Part shown: piece by piece, positions 37,565 to 45,772 of the stretch
Layout: every line of letters starts with the position of its first letter
How positions within the stretch are numbered: the first letter of the stretch is position 1
Assembly (NCBI GenBank): GCA_002433895.1
Contig: DJJA01000001.1
Coordinates: forward strand, 15,438 to 79,437
Length of the DNA stretch: 64,000 nt
Source: Candidatus Gottesmanbacteria bacterium UBA6580
GTDB taxonomy: Bacteria; Patescibacteriota; Microgenomatia; UBA10105; UBA927
Reading direction: 5' to 3'
Notes under the pieces: generated by a model
The model's input: only the letters and a program-made list of their open reading frames with translations
What the model was told of the DNA's origin: nothing
The model's database searches: none
Position numbers and translations under genes: made by a program

Positions 37565-39596
37565 CGGGTTTTCTCAACCATAGCAACAAAAGTATCCCCG
37601 TCAACACGCTTATTATCCCACCAAAAAGGAATATTGTCGGCCGAAACTCATAAACGATTTCGTGTTTTCCTTGGTGTATAAAAAGTGTTCGGAATACATT
37701 ATTTTCTTTATCAATACGGGCCGTTTTTCCATCAATTGTGGCGGTCCATCCGGGATACCACACCTCTGAACTGCGGAGCGTGGTTGCACACGTACTCGAA
37801 ACAGCAAGAACAACTTTGTTGGGGGTGTACGAGGTGACATCCGCAGTTCCACATGACGGATCGCTCAAGAAATACCGGGGAAACACCGTGGTATTTTCGT
37901 ACAATCTATATTTATTCCGGTCGTCGTCCCACACAAGTTTGTACCGCATATTTCCGGCAAACGGGTCGTTTTCTGGAGGAACGATAATGTATTTGATATT
38001 CAAAAAATCGATAACTCCCGCGTTTGCTGCAGACAGATACGGCACCTGCACATCATGCGATAACATCGCCTGCTCCCCGCTTCGGCCAATAGAACGGGCT
38101 ATGTATTCAAAGTACGGCCGGAGTATGGATGGGCTATAGCCAGTCGCAGAATAAATACCATATGACATACTACTGTCAAAATCCAGCGCATCGCGAGCCG
38201 GTAACCAGACGCCAAAATTCTGTAGTGTCCGGTATGGTGCAATATCCTGTGTGAGCATATGTACGAGCTCATGGTCATGGCGGCGCTCAGGCACTTGCCG
38301 GAGCTCGATAAAGTGGCGCGCAAACATTACCATTTCGATAACGACAAGTCCGCTTATGAGGACGCCCGCCCACTGGCGCCATTTTTTTGTCGCCGCCAGC
38401 AGATACGTAAACCCTACGCCACAAAGAAAAGATAAACCCAATACCACTAAAATGAGATGGCGCGCTGGTATCCGCACATACCGGTACATCGGTAATACCT
38501 CCCACAAAATACGCTGGATATCTATTGGGGCATGAGATGCAAGTGATATCCATACACCAAATACCGCTATCGCGACACAGGCTACTCCCATAACCATGCG
38601 TTTATTTTTTATACTCACGACCGCACCAACAATGGCGAGTAGTAAGCCGATAACGCCCACAAATGCGCTGTGTTCTCCAAAATTTGGGGCAGGACCCTGA
38701 TAGGTATATTGATCGCCAAAGAAAAACGGATTGAGCATTTGTATAAGGCTTTGAAAACTCCATGCGCCATATGATGCCCATGAATACGGCAATTGAAACG
38801 TCCTGATACTCGCACGGAAAAACTCTGAAACGGGAAGCAAGTGAAAGGCGGCAAGTCCTATACCAATAACCCCCACCCGCAATGCCAACCCCACCGGCTT
38901 CCATTGCTTTATTGCATAACTTCGGGCAATGGCGACAAATCCAACGGCAATAACTGTCATGAATGCCATGGTCTGGTATCCGGAAAGCAACTGGAGGGCA
39001 AAAACTCCCGCAGCTATAGCAATCCGTTTTTTATTGCCTTCTGTCATCGCCATGTCGATCGCCCACACAACCCACGGCATCCAACTTGCCGCTGCGATAA
39101 CATCCACGTGCCCGGACCATGTCCGCGCGGCAAAAAAACCCGACAATCCAAACACCACCCCGCTCACCCAGGCACCTATACGAAGTAACCGCTGCTCATG
39201 TTTCTGTTTGTTACCGATGAATAGTGAATAGTTCATTGTTCGCGCCAGCGTGTACATTCCCGTCATCGCCCACACAACGTGGAGCGCGGTATGCCACGCG
39301 TACGCAATATTGAGAGGTACAAATATGAATAGCCAGTTTACGGGGTACCAGATGTTCACAATGGGATCAGCGATAAACGGTTGACCGCCAAAAATATACG
39401 GGTTCCACCACGGGAATATACCCTGGCGTATCCACAGATTAAAAAACTCACGGAAAAAGTAATATGACCTATGGATATCATCGCCATAGATCATCATGTC
39501 AGCCGCGGGCACAAGCGCCTCACCATATACAACGACAGTCACGAGGATAAAACCAATAATTGAAGCCATCATCATACGCTCATGGAATATACACAA
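37533..39596 (-). CDS. YfhO-family membrane protein (possible start at 39575)
   Basis: N-terminal region YGDDIHRSYYFFREFFNLWIRQGIFPWWNPYIFGGQPFIADPIVNIWYPVNWLFIF resembles the conserved YfhO N-terminal block (D..QY.DFF.YF...GG...Y.LSP.NWLFF). Multiple TM helices. Confidence 0.65.
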   Translation of the reverse strand: MCIFHERMMMASIIGFILVTVVVYGEALVPAADMMIYGDDIHRSYYFFREFFNLWIRQGIFPWWNPYIFGGQPFIADPIVNIWYPVNWLFIFVPLNIAYAWHTALHVVWAMTGMYTLARTMNYSLFIGNKQKHEQRLLRIGAWVSGVVFGLSGFFAARTWSGHVDVIAAASWMPWVVWAIDMAMTEGNKKRIAIAAGVFALQLLSGYQTMAFMTVIAVGFVAIARSYAIKQWKPVGLALRVGVIGIGLAAFHLLPVSEFFRASIRTFQLPYSWASYGAWSFQSLIQMLNPFFFGDQYTYQGPAPNFGEHSAFVGVIGLLLAIVGAVVSIKNKRMVMGVACVAIAVFGVWISLASHAPIDIQRILWEVLPMYRYVRIPARHLILVVLGLSFLCGVGFTYLLAATKKWRQWAGVLISGLVVIEMVMFARHFIELRQVPERRHDHELVHMLTQDIAPYRTLQNFGVWLPARDALDFDSSMSYGIYSATGYSPSILRPYFEYIARSIGRSGEQAMLSHDVQVPYLSAANAGVIDFLNIKYIIVPPENDPFAGNMRYKLVWDDDRNKYRLYENTTVFPRYFLSDPSCGTADVTSYTPNKVVLAVSSTCATTLRSSEVWYPGWTATIDGKTARIDKENNVFRTLFIHQGKHEIVYEFRPTIFLFGGIISVLTGILLLLWLRKPATGADLSNIG

Positions 39597-41253
39597 TGAC
39601 CTGATTGTTCCGGTATACTTCCTTCAAAAACGGATACTTCAGTTTCAAATCACTTACTCCCCCATCTTCCCGCTCCTGGGGGCCAAAAAATATGTACGCC
39701 GCTCCGATTGTGGCCACAAAATCACGCGCCTGTGTCTCGTGCATATTTCCGGCAAAAAACTCGCGCACTTTTTCTTTTTTTCCTTCAAATGCCACCGTGT
39801 TGTCGTGCCCCGCATATACCACATGACCGATATAGGCAGGAATATAATTGCCGGCAGTTGTCTCACTCAGCACGACACCGTTTCCTTTGCCGTGATCATA
39901 AATAAACTGCATACCGGATACAAAGTCTTTTAATGGATACATCACATAACTTCCTGTGGGAACCAACGGCAGTGTTGCCCTGATTTTATGATCAACAAAA
40001 TCCCGCTGCCAGAGATACGAAGAATACATATGGAATAACCCAACAATCACTAATACAACAGGAAAAAATGCTGCAATAGGTGCTGTAAGATACTTCCGGG
40101 AAGCATAAAAAAGATATGCGGTAAGTACCCCGAGCGGTACGTGCGGTATCATTTCAGAAAACCTCAGCGGACTCTGTTGTGGAATAAACGCAAATACCCC
40201 CAAAAGCAATCCCCATCCCAACACCCAAGATACGGCAGGAAAAAGCATAGTCTCCCAACGGTATAGCGCCACAATAAGCCCCAATACACCCAATGGCAAC
40301 AGAGGACCCATGGCCTTGCCATATTCAATATAATCAAACGGAAGTGGCCTAATTATGTCTACCTCTGCAAGACGTTTCCAGGGATATACCCCCGTCATCA
40401 ACGCGAGATATGCTAAAGAAGCCACGCTTGTCATAACGATTGCCGCATACGGCACTATCCATTCCCGTTTCCATCCCAAAAGCATGACCCATATACCCAT
40501 AACCACATAGATAAACAGCAGTCCGGGTGGAAATATCATACCGAGGATAAATGAAAGTAGCCCGATAAACACGACGTTTTTACTTTGCCGGACGACTTCT
40601 TTCCGGGTAACCAACAAAATAATGGCAATAATAAGCCCCTGACCTGCCAACAAATGCGGAATAAACGTAATCCGCTGCAAACTATCCATCACCGACCACC
40701 AGGACATATACCCCCCGAATCTCCAGCTCTGCATATTGGTAAATGTTGCGGGAATGATCGTTGTATCGACTACCGCCAACAATTTCGGCCAAGATGAAGC
40801 TGTCACGGCAAGCAAAAATGCGATGAACACCCAAAATGGCTTGTCTTGCCGCAATCCGGCAAGCGATTTTTGTACAAACACCGCAACTGCTGCGAGCATT
40901 GCTACAGCCAGCACAAATCTCGCGACATGATAAATATCACCCGGCCGGTGCAGCGGCACGCGGGAAAATCTGCCTGACTGCCCCAAAAGGATATAAAACT
41001 CATGGATGAACGACCCATCATGTGGCTCGGATGTGTACCGCTCAACCGCAGTCCACCGGCCCTCAAGCCCCTGACGGATCCGGGAGAGATAAAAATTGTA
41101 ATCAGTGGGGAAATTATGAACAAGCTCGAAATGTCTATCCGCGTGAAGCTTATCCGCGCGCGACAACTCATAAAATGTTGGCACGAACGAAAACAACACA
41201 AAACATACGGTCGTGAAATAAAGGATCATTTTCCTTAACTGCATATTTCCCAT
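39580..41253 (-). CDS. Polytopic membrane protein, paralogue B
   Basis: Shared motif PTDYNFYLSRIRQGLEGRWTAVERYTSEP. At least 12 TM helices. Confidence 0.7.
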   Translation of the reverse strand: MGNMQLRKMILYFTTVCFVLFSFVPTFYELSRADKLHADRHFELVHNFPTDYNFYLSRIRQGLEGRWTAVERYTSEPHDGSFIHEFYILLGQSGRFSRVPLHRPGDIYHVARFVLAVAMLAAVAVFVQKSLAGLRQDKPFWVFIAFLLAVTASSWPKLLAVVDTTIIPATFTNMQSWRFGGYMSWWSVMDSLQRITFIPHLLAGQGLIIAIILLVTRKEVVRQSKNVVFIGLLSFILGMIFPPGLLFIYVVMGIWVMLLGWKREWIVPYAAIVMTSVASLAYLALMTGVYPWKRLAEVDIIRPLPFDYIEYGKAMGPLLPLGVLGLIVALYRWETMLFPAVSWVLGWGLLLGVFAFIPQQSPLRFSEMIPHVPLGVLTAYLFYASRKYLTAPIAAFFPVVLVIVGLFHMYSSYLWQRDFVDHKIRATLPLVPTGSYVMYPLKDFVSGMQFIYDHGKGNGVVLSETTAGNYIPAYIGHVVYAGHDNTVAFEGKKEKVREFFAGNMHETQARDFVATIGAAYIFFGPQEREDGGVSDLKLKYPFLKEVYRNNQVIVYIP

Positions 41254-41270
41254 TCTAACCTAAACCATGT

Positions 41271-41858
41271 TTGACTTTATACCCTGATGCTTGGGATAAT
41301 CCCATTATGAACACCCTGACAGACGAAGCAATCGATCAGAAACTCCGCGATAAAGTATACGAACAGGACTACTCCCCCAAACCCACTATCGAAGGTGTCG
41401 TTGTCGTGAAGATGCGTAATTTTGTGGGAGAAAACGGCGATTTCTCTGAACTCATGCGGCTTAATGAACACGGTGAGTCAGAACTCATCCCGGGCTTCCG
41501 GCTGCGACAAGTGAACCGAAGCAAACAATATCACAAAGCCATTAAGGCATGGCACCTCCACTACAAGCAGGATGAAATGTGGTATGTGCCGCCTGATGAA
41601 CACTTACTCCTCGGGCTGTGGGATGTGCGTGAAGGGTCACCAACCAAAGGAACACTCCAAAAAATCCCATTGGGAGGAGGCAATTCCATTGGCGTATACA
41701 TCCCGCGCGGTGTGGCGCATGGTGCCGCAAATTTTTCAGGAAAAAAGGCAAATGTTTATTATTTTGTAAACAATCAATTTAACCCCGCGGAACCCGACGA
41801 ACATCGCCTCCCCTGGGATGCTGCGGGCGCTGAATTTTGGGAAGCCCCCAAAGAATAA
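41271..41858 (+). CDS. dTDP-4-dehydrorhamnose 3,5-epimerase (RmlC)-like cupin sugar epimerase
   Basis: PTIEGVVVVKMRNFVGENGDFSEL...LLGLWDVREGSPTKG...VYIPRGVAHGAANFS matches the RmlC fold motifs (D.RG.F.E; DLR..SPTFG; IP.G.AHGF). Confidence 0.7.
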   Translation: MTLYPDAWDNPIMNTLTDEAIDQKLRDKVYEQDYSPKPTIEGVVVVKMRNFVGENGDFSELMRLNEHGESELIPGFRLRQVNRSKQYHKAIKAWHLHYKQDEMWYVPPDEHLLLGLWDVREGSPTKGTLQKIPLGGGNSIGVYIPRGVAHGAANFSGKKANVYYFVNNQFNPAEPDEHRLPWDAAGAEFWEAPKE

Positions 41859-41922
41859 CCGGAGTACGCCGATGGGATAAAAGCGGTGGTAACCTCCCGG
41901 GAAACGCTTTATACTACATCTT

Positions 41923-42582
41923 ATGGAACGCTCATCAGAAAAACAGGTAATCATACCTGCTGCCATCATTAGTGCAGTACTTTTTATTGGCGTATTTTTT
42001 TCCTATGTATCCGCACGTCAGAAAACGGGCACCGTGGTATTGCCCGGTGGCATTACGTATCTCGGCCCGACACCAACCGCCACACCAACCTCAGGAGATA
42101 CATCCGGAACAGAAGGGAAAATCCAGATACCAGCAGGCACCACCTGGAAGGAACGGACCGGAGCCACATTCCCCTACGCATTTATGTATCCTGAAACACT
42201 AGCGCTCGGAGTTTTCCCCGATGATCCGTATGATGCTATCACTGTTTTTCATCAGGGTACTGATGCCAACGCGAATATATTTTTCCGGGTCGAAAATCTT
42301 ATGACGCTCAAGAAGGAGCAATATATCGGTAACCCCATGGAATACGCCTCCACCTGGTGGCAGGATTACGCTTGGGAGGGCGCCGAAAACGTACGCGCAT
42401 TTACCAACAGTTCAGGGCTGAAAGGCTATCGTGCCACGTATCGGAATAGTCAGGGAAAAACCCCGTATGACCATGTGTTCTTTGAAGTACCCGGAAAGCC
42501 GCATCTCATTATTTGGATGAGCGGCAGATTATTTGAGCCTTTGGTGTTTGACCGCATGGTAGATTCGGTTTCGTGGCAATAA
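41923..42582 (+). CDS. Membrane-anchored hypothetical protein with PT/TS-rich linker
   Basis: TM IIPAAIISAVLFIGVFFSYV, linker GPTPTATPTSGDTSGTEG, then a ~150-aa domain. Confidence 0.6.
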   Translation: MERSSEKQVIIPAAIISAVLFIGVFFSYVSARQKTGTVVLPGGITYLGPTPTATPTSGDTSGTEGKIQIPAGTTWKERTGATFPYAFMYPETLALGVFPDDPYDAITVFHQGTDANANIFFRVENLMTLKKEQYIGNPMEYASTWWQDYAWEGAENVRAFTNSSGLKGYRATYRNSQGKTPYDHVFFEVPGKPHLIIWMSGRLFEPLVFDRMVDSVSWQ

Positions 42583-42606
42583 CCCCCTCGTCACCCTCCC
42601 TCATTC

Positions 42607-42635
42607 TTGACTTTTTATGTCCTATAGTATATAAT
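42607..42635 (+). promoter_or_regulatory. Consensus sigma70-type promoter TTGACT-17 nt-TATAAT
   Basis: TTGACT at 42607-42612, a 17-nt spacer, TATAAT at 42630-42635. The ATG at 42645 sits ~3 nt after the predicted transcription start, giving a leaderless mRNA. Confidence 0.45.
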
Positions 42636-42644
42636 CTCCCTCTT

Positions 42645-43322
42645 ATGTTGAAAGAGCGGTGTCTACAATCTGACGCTCTCGGACGGCAAGCAAGTGAATT
42701 TGTTGCGTGGAGTGCCGCCACCGGCAACGATCTCTCTCGCATGCGCAATGTGTCGCGTAAAAAAGCGCTTCATTTGGTGACCGAGTCCCCAAATTTCCGC
42801 CCGTTTCCTCTGGAAAAAATCCAGATACTCCACCCCCGCGACTACTATCATTATCCGGCCGTTCTTCTTGCGCGCGACCATACGGGCACAGAAACCCACA
42901 TACAATCGTTTAACATGATAACCGGAGCCAAGCAGCGCTATGCGTATATCATACAATCCGAAAAATCAGGTACTGCGGTCAGCGCGGCGATTACCCGTAT
43001 TCTTCCGCTTGAACCTTCCGGCGTTTCCATTACATTCGGAAAAAGGAGAGATCATCCCAATGCCGTACGTAATCACGGTACGAGCTGTGTCCATATTGAC
43101 CTCACTGGCAATGTGTATGCCATCGCGCCGAGATCATGGAACAAAGATACGATCGTTGATTGGGTAAGCAGCGCTCTTCATCACCTGACCCATGGCATCA
43201 GCATGCAGCGCATGCAGAATACAAGAGAGCTGTCATATTTAGGCGCAAAATTCGCTCATCCGAATAACGGCGGCAATCTGTCATTACCGTTTCCCGAACA
43301 CCCAACGCTTTTAGATAAATGA
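42645..43322 (+). CDS. Hypothetical soluble protein (start placed at internal ATG 42645)
   Basis: A consensus promoter TTGACT-17-TATAAT lies at 42607..42635, immediately upstream, implying a leaderless or near-leaderless transcript. The track start 42573 lies upstream of that promoter. Confidence 0.5.
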   Translation: MLKERCLQSDALGRQASEFVAWSAATGNDLSRMRNVSRKKALHLVTESPNFRPFPLEKIQILHPRDYYHYPAVLLARDHTGTETHIQSFNMITGAKQRYAYIIQSEKSGTAVSAAITRILPLEPSGVSITFGKRRDHPNAVRNHGTSCVHIDLTGNVYAIAPRSWNKDTIVDWVSSALHHLTHGISMQRMQNTRELSYLGAKFAHPNNGGNLSLPFPEHPTLLDK

Positions 43323-43326
43323 TACG

Positions 43327-44874
43327 ATGGTAATCGTGTACACCCTCCTTATTGCCACCATCGTTTTGCTTGCCACCATCGAAAATATCGCACCGTCGAT
43401 CATAGGATTCCTTGCAACACCACCCGATTATGTTTTCCTCGGCACGGTGCACCACCCCGGCGACTATTTTTATTACCTTTCACAATTTACCCAGGGTGAA
43501 AGCAGGTGGCTCACTACCATCGATCTTTTTACCAGCGAACAACTAACACCATCGCTCATCGGTTGGAGCAACGTACTGACCGGAAAAATGTTCTCCCTTG
43601 TGCACCTCTCGCCGGTTACGGCATATCAGATGAGTATCGTCGTACTCACTGCAGGAGTACTTACCGCGGCGTACATGCTCGCTCATACCGTCCTCCGGAG
43701 CCGTAGCGCTGCCACCATAGCACTGTATTTCTTCGCATTGTTTCACGCGTTCCCCGTCCTCCGCGACGGCAAGCCGTCATACGGTGACTATTGGAACAAT
43801 TTCGCGGTTCCCCGGGTACGTTTCGGAGGCGTACCGCACCAACTGATGCTTCATACAGCCTCCATGATACTTCTATATGGCCTTATACAATGGGTGCAGT
43901 ACAAAAAGTATTCGTGGAGAATGGGGCTGGTTATTTGCGTCGCGAGCTTTGTGCTTGCCAGCCTGCAACCGGCGCTGTGGGGTATTATCGCGGCTACAGC
44001 GGTAGCGACTGCAGCCTACCGCAAACAATCTGTCCGCACGCTTTTCATCCTGCTTTCCGCTTCGGGTGTGGCACCACTCCTTTATATAACATCGCTTTTC
44101 CGCACGTTGCCGTTTCTTCAGTTGAAGCTGTGGGAAGCTGGCGAGCAAAACGTGCTTACCCTGGAACACTTTATCCTTGCCACAGGACCCATACTGCTTC
44201 TTTCCTTATTTGCCGTGCCGTTTTTTATGACCCCAAAAACGTACAGCAGATACCTAAGTGCCGCACTCGCTTTTTTCCCTATCCTTCTATTTTTCTCGCC
44301 TATCCCTGCGTATATCGGTATATCCAACGCGCGGGTACTCTCTCCCCTCACTATCCTCCTGCTTTCGGTTATTGCCGCGGCAGGCATAGAAAGTCTCGTG
44401 GCACACAAAAAAATAATTGTACGGACAATGGGCGTTTTACTCGTCGCAATACTCTCGTTCACCTTGCTGCCCAATCATCAAAAAACAATAAAGCTCGTAA
44501 GCACATTTGACGCCAACAATGTATACCAGTATCTTCCGGCGTCGGAGTACCGCTTCTTCCGGGAAATTGGCGCAACGCACTCTTCACGTGATATATTCCT
44601 GGTCTCCCCACCGTATAACCTGGTATTTCCGGCGCTTTCCGGCAAACGAAGTTACCACGGACATCCGCTCCTCACGATCGAAGCGGAGCAAAAAGACAAA
44701 AACGCGAACATGGTGTTTACCGGGGCGTTAACCGGCCATGAGCTACGGTCTTTTCTCAGCACTACCGGGATCACCCATATAATCGCGCCACAAGAAATTG
44801 CCCACTTTGCTTCGCTCCCCTTTCTCAAACGCACAACAGCCTCAAAAACCCTGATTTTATACGTGGTCGAATAG
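43327..44874 (+). CDS. Polytopic membrane protein, paralogue C
   Basis: Shared motif PPDYVFLGTVHHPGDYFYYLSQFTQGESRWLTTIDLFTSEQ. About 13 TM helices. Confidence 0.7.
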   Translation: MVIVYTLLIATIVLLATIENIAPSIIGFLATPPDYVFLGTVHHPGDYFYYLSQFTQGESRWLTTIDLFTSEQLTPSLIGWSNVLTGKMFSLVHLSPVTAYQMSIVVLTAGVLTAAYMLAHTVLRSRSAATIALYFFALFHAFPVLRDGKPSYGDYWNNFAVPRVRFGGVPHQLMLHTASMILLYGLIQWVQYKKYSWRMGLVICVASFVLASLQPALWGIIAATAVATAAYRKQSVRTLFILLSASGVAPLLYITSLFRTLPFLQLKLWEAGEQNVLTLEHFILATGPILLLSLFAVPFFMTPKTYSRYLSAALAFFPILLFFSPIPAYIGISNARVLSPLTILLLSVIAAAGIESLVAHKKIIVRTMGVLLVAILSFTLLPNHQKTIKLVSTFDANNVYQYLPASEYRFFREIGATHSSRDIFLVSPPYNLVFPALSGKRSYHGHPLLTIEAEQKDKNANMVFTGALTGHELRSFLSTTGITHIIAPQEIAHFASLPFLKRTTASKTLILYVVE

Positions 44875-44909
44875 GCCTTTGTTGCCTACTTGATTTATAA
44901 TCCTATAGT

Positions 44910-45737
44910 ATGGTACACTTTCGTATTGAAATGACTACTGCCGAGTTTCGACCGGGACCGGACATCATAAATCCGCACGCTCCTAACTTCAGTGAGCTTC
45001 ACTATCACGTTCGCATAGACGCGATGACACCCGACGATAAACGCTACTGGCTCTCCGATCAAATCCTCAAAGAGGAACACCGGCTCCTCCGTGAACCATA
45101 CAATATGCCGCAGGTACGCGCTGAGGCAAAAATCATGTTTTTGACCGGTGGCCCCAAATCAGACGTTACCGAAGCCCGTGACTTTGACGGCAACCTTATT
45201 CATACCCGGCATTTGGATCACCCGCGACCGATGTTTGCGGAAATCCCGGAGGCATTAAGCTCCATTTCCCACTGGTTTGACATGACCATCCAAAGTAAAG
45301 AAAACAACACGCTTCCACCATCTCCGGTCGCTCCGCTTTCTGAAATAGCCGACGTGGTATACAACATTTCCCATCTTCTTACGCTCGATGAATATTTCTG
45401 GGAAGAATACAACGAATACTTAAAGCGTATCGCGGGATCGTTGGGATATGATTTGGATCAATTACTGACTATTGCGGTCTATAAATACAATTTCCGGCTG
45501 GGACAAGGAAAATCACAAAAAAATATCGGCATTGAAAACGAACTGATCAATAAAGTACTCGCAAAAACGGGACCGGATGGTAAACCATTATTCCCGGCAC
45601 CAAGCGAATCCCAATTCCAAAAAACATTTCACACTCTGGCTGAAATCCAGACGCTCTTAAACACGCGACTCGAACAACTCCGGCAGGAATACGAATGGGA
45701 AAAAAACCCGGTTCTCCCCAAAGACACCACAAAGTAA
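44910..45737 (+). CDS. Hypothetical cytoplasmic protein
   Basis: No TM segments. Acidic and helical C-terminus. An alternative start at 44931 is possible. Confidence 0.5.
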   Translation: MVHFRIEMTTAEFRPGPDIINPHAPNFSELHYHVRIDAMTPDDKRYWLSDQILKEEHRLLREPYNMPQVRAEAKIMFLTGGPKSDVTEARDFDGNLIHTRHLDHPRPMFAEIPEALSSISHWFDMTIQSKENNTLPPSPVAPLSEIADVVYNISHLLTLDEYFWEEYNEYLKRIAGSLGYDLDQLLTIAVYKYNFRLGQGKSQKNIGIENELINKVLAKTGPDGKPLFPAPSESQFQKTFHTLAEIQTLLNTRLEQLRQEYEWEKNPVLPKDTTK

Positions 45738-45772
45738 TTTCATAACGCCGCGTTTTCCCGTATGATAAGAGA

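Noticed and set aside
43791-44510. 239-aa ORF in an alternate frame within membrane-protein gene 43327..44874
   Set aside because: The translation is Arg/Cys/Pro-rich and non-protein-like. The host frame encodes a coherent 13-TM protein paralogous to two others in the window.
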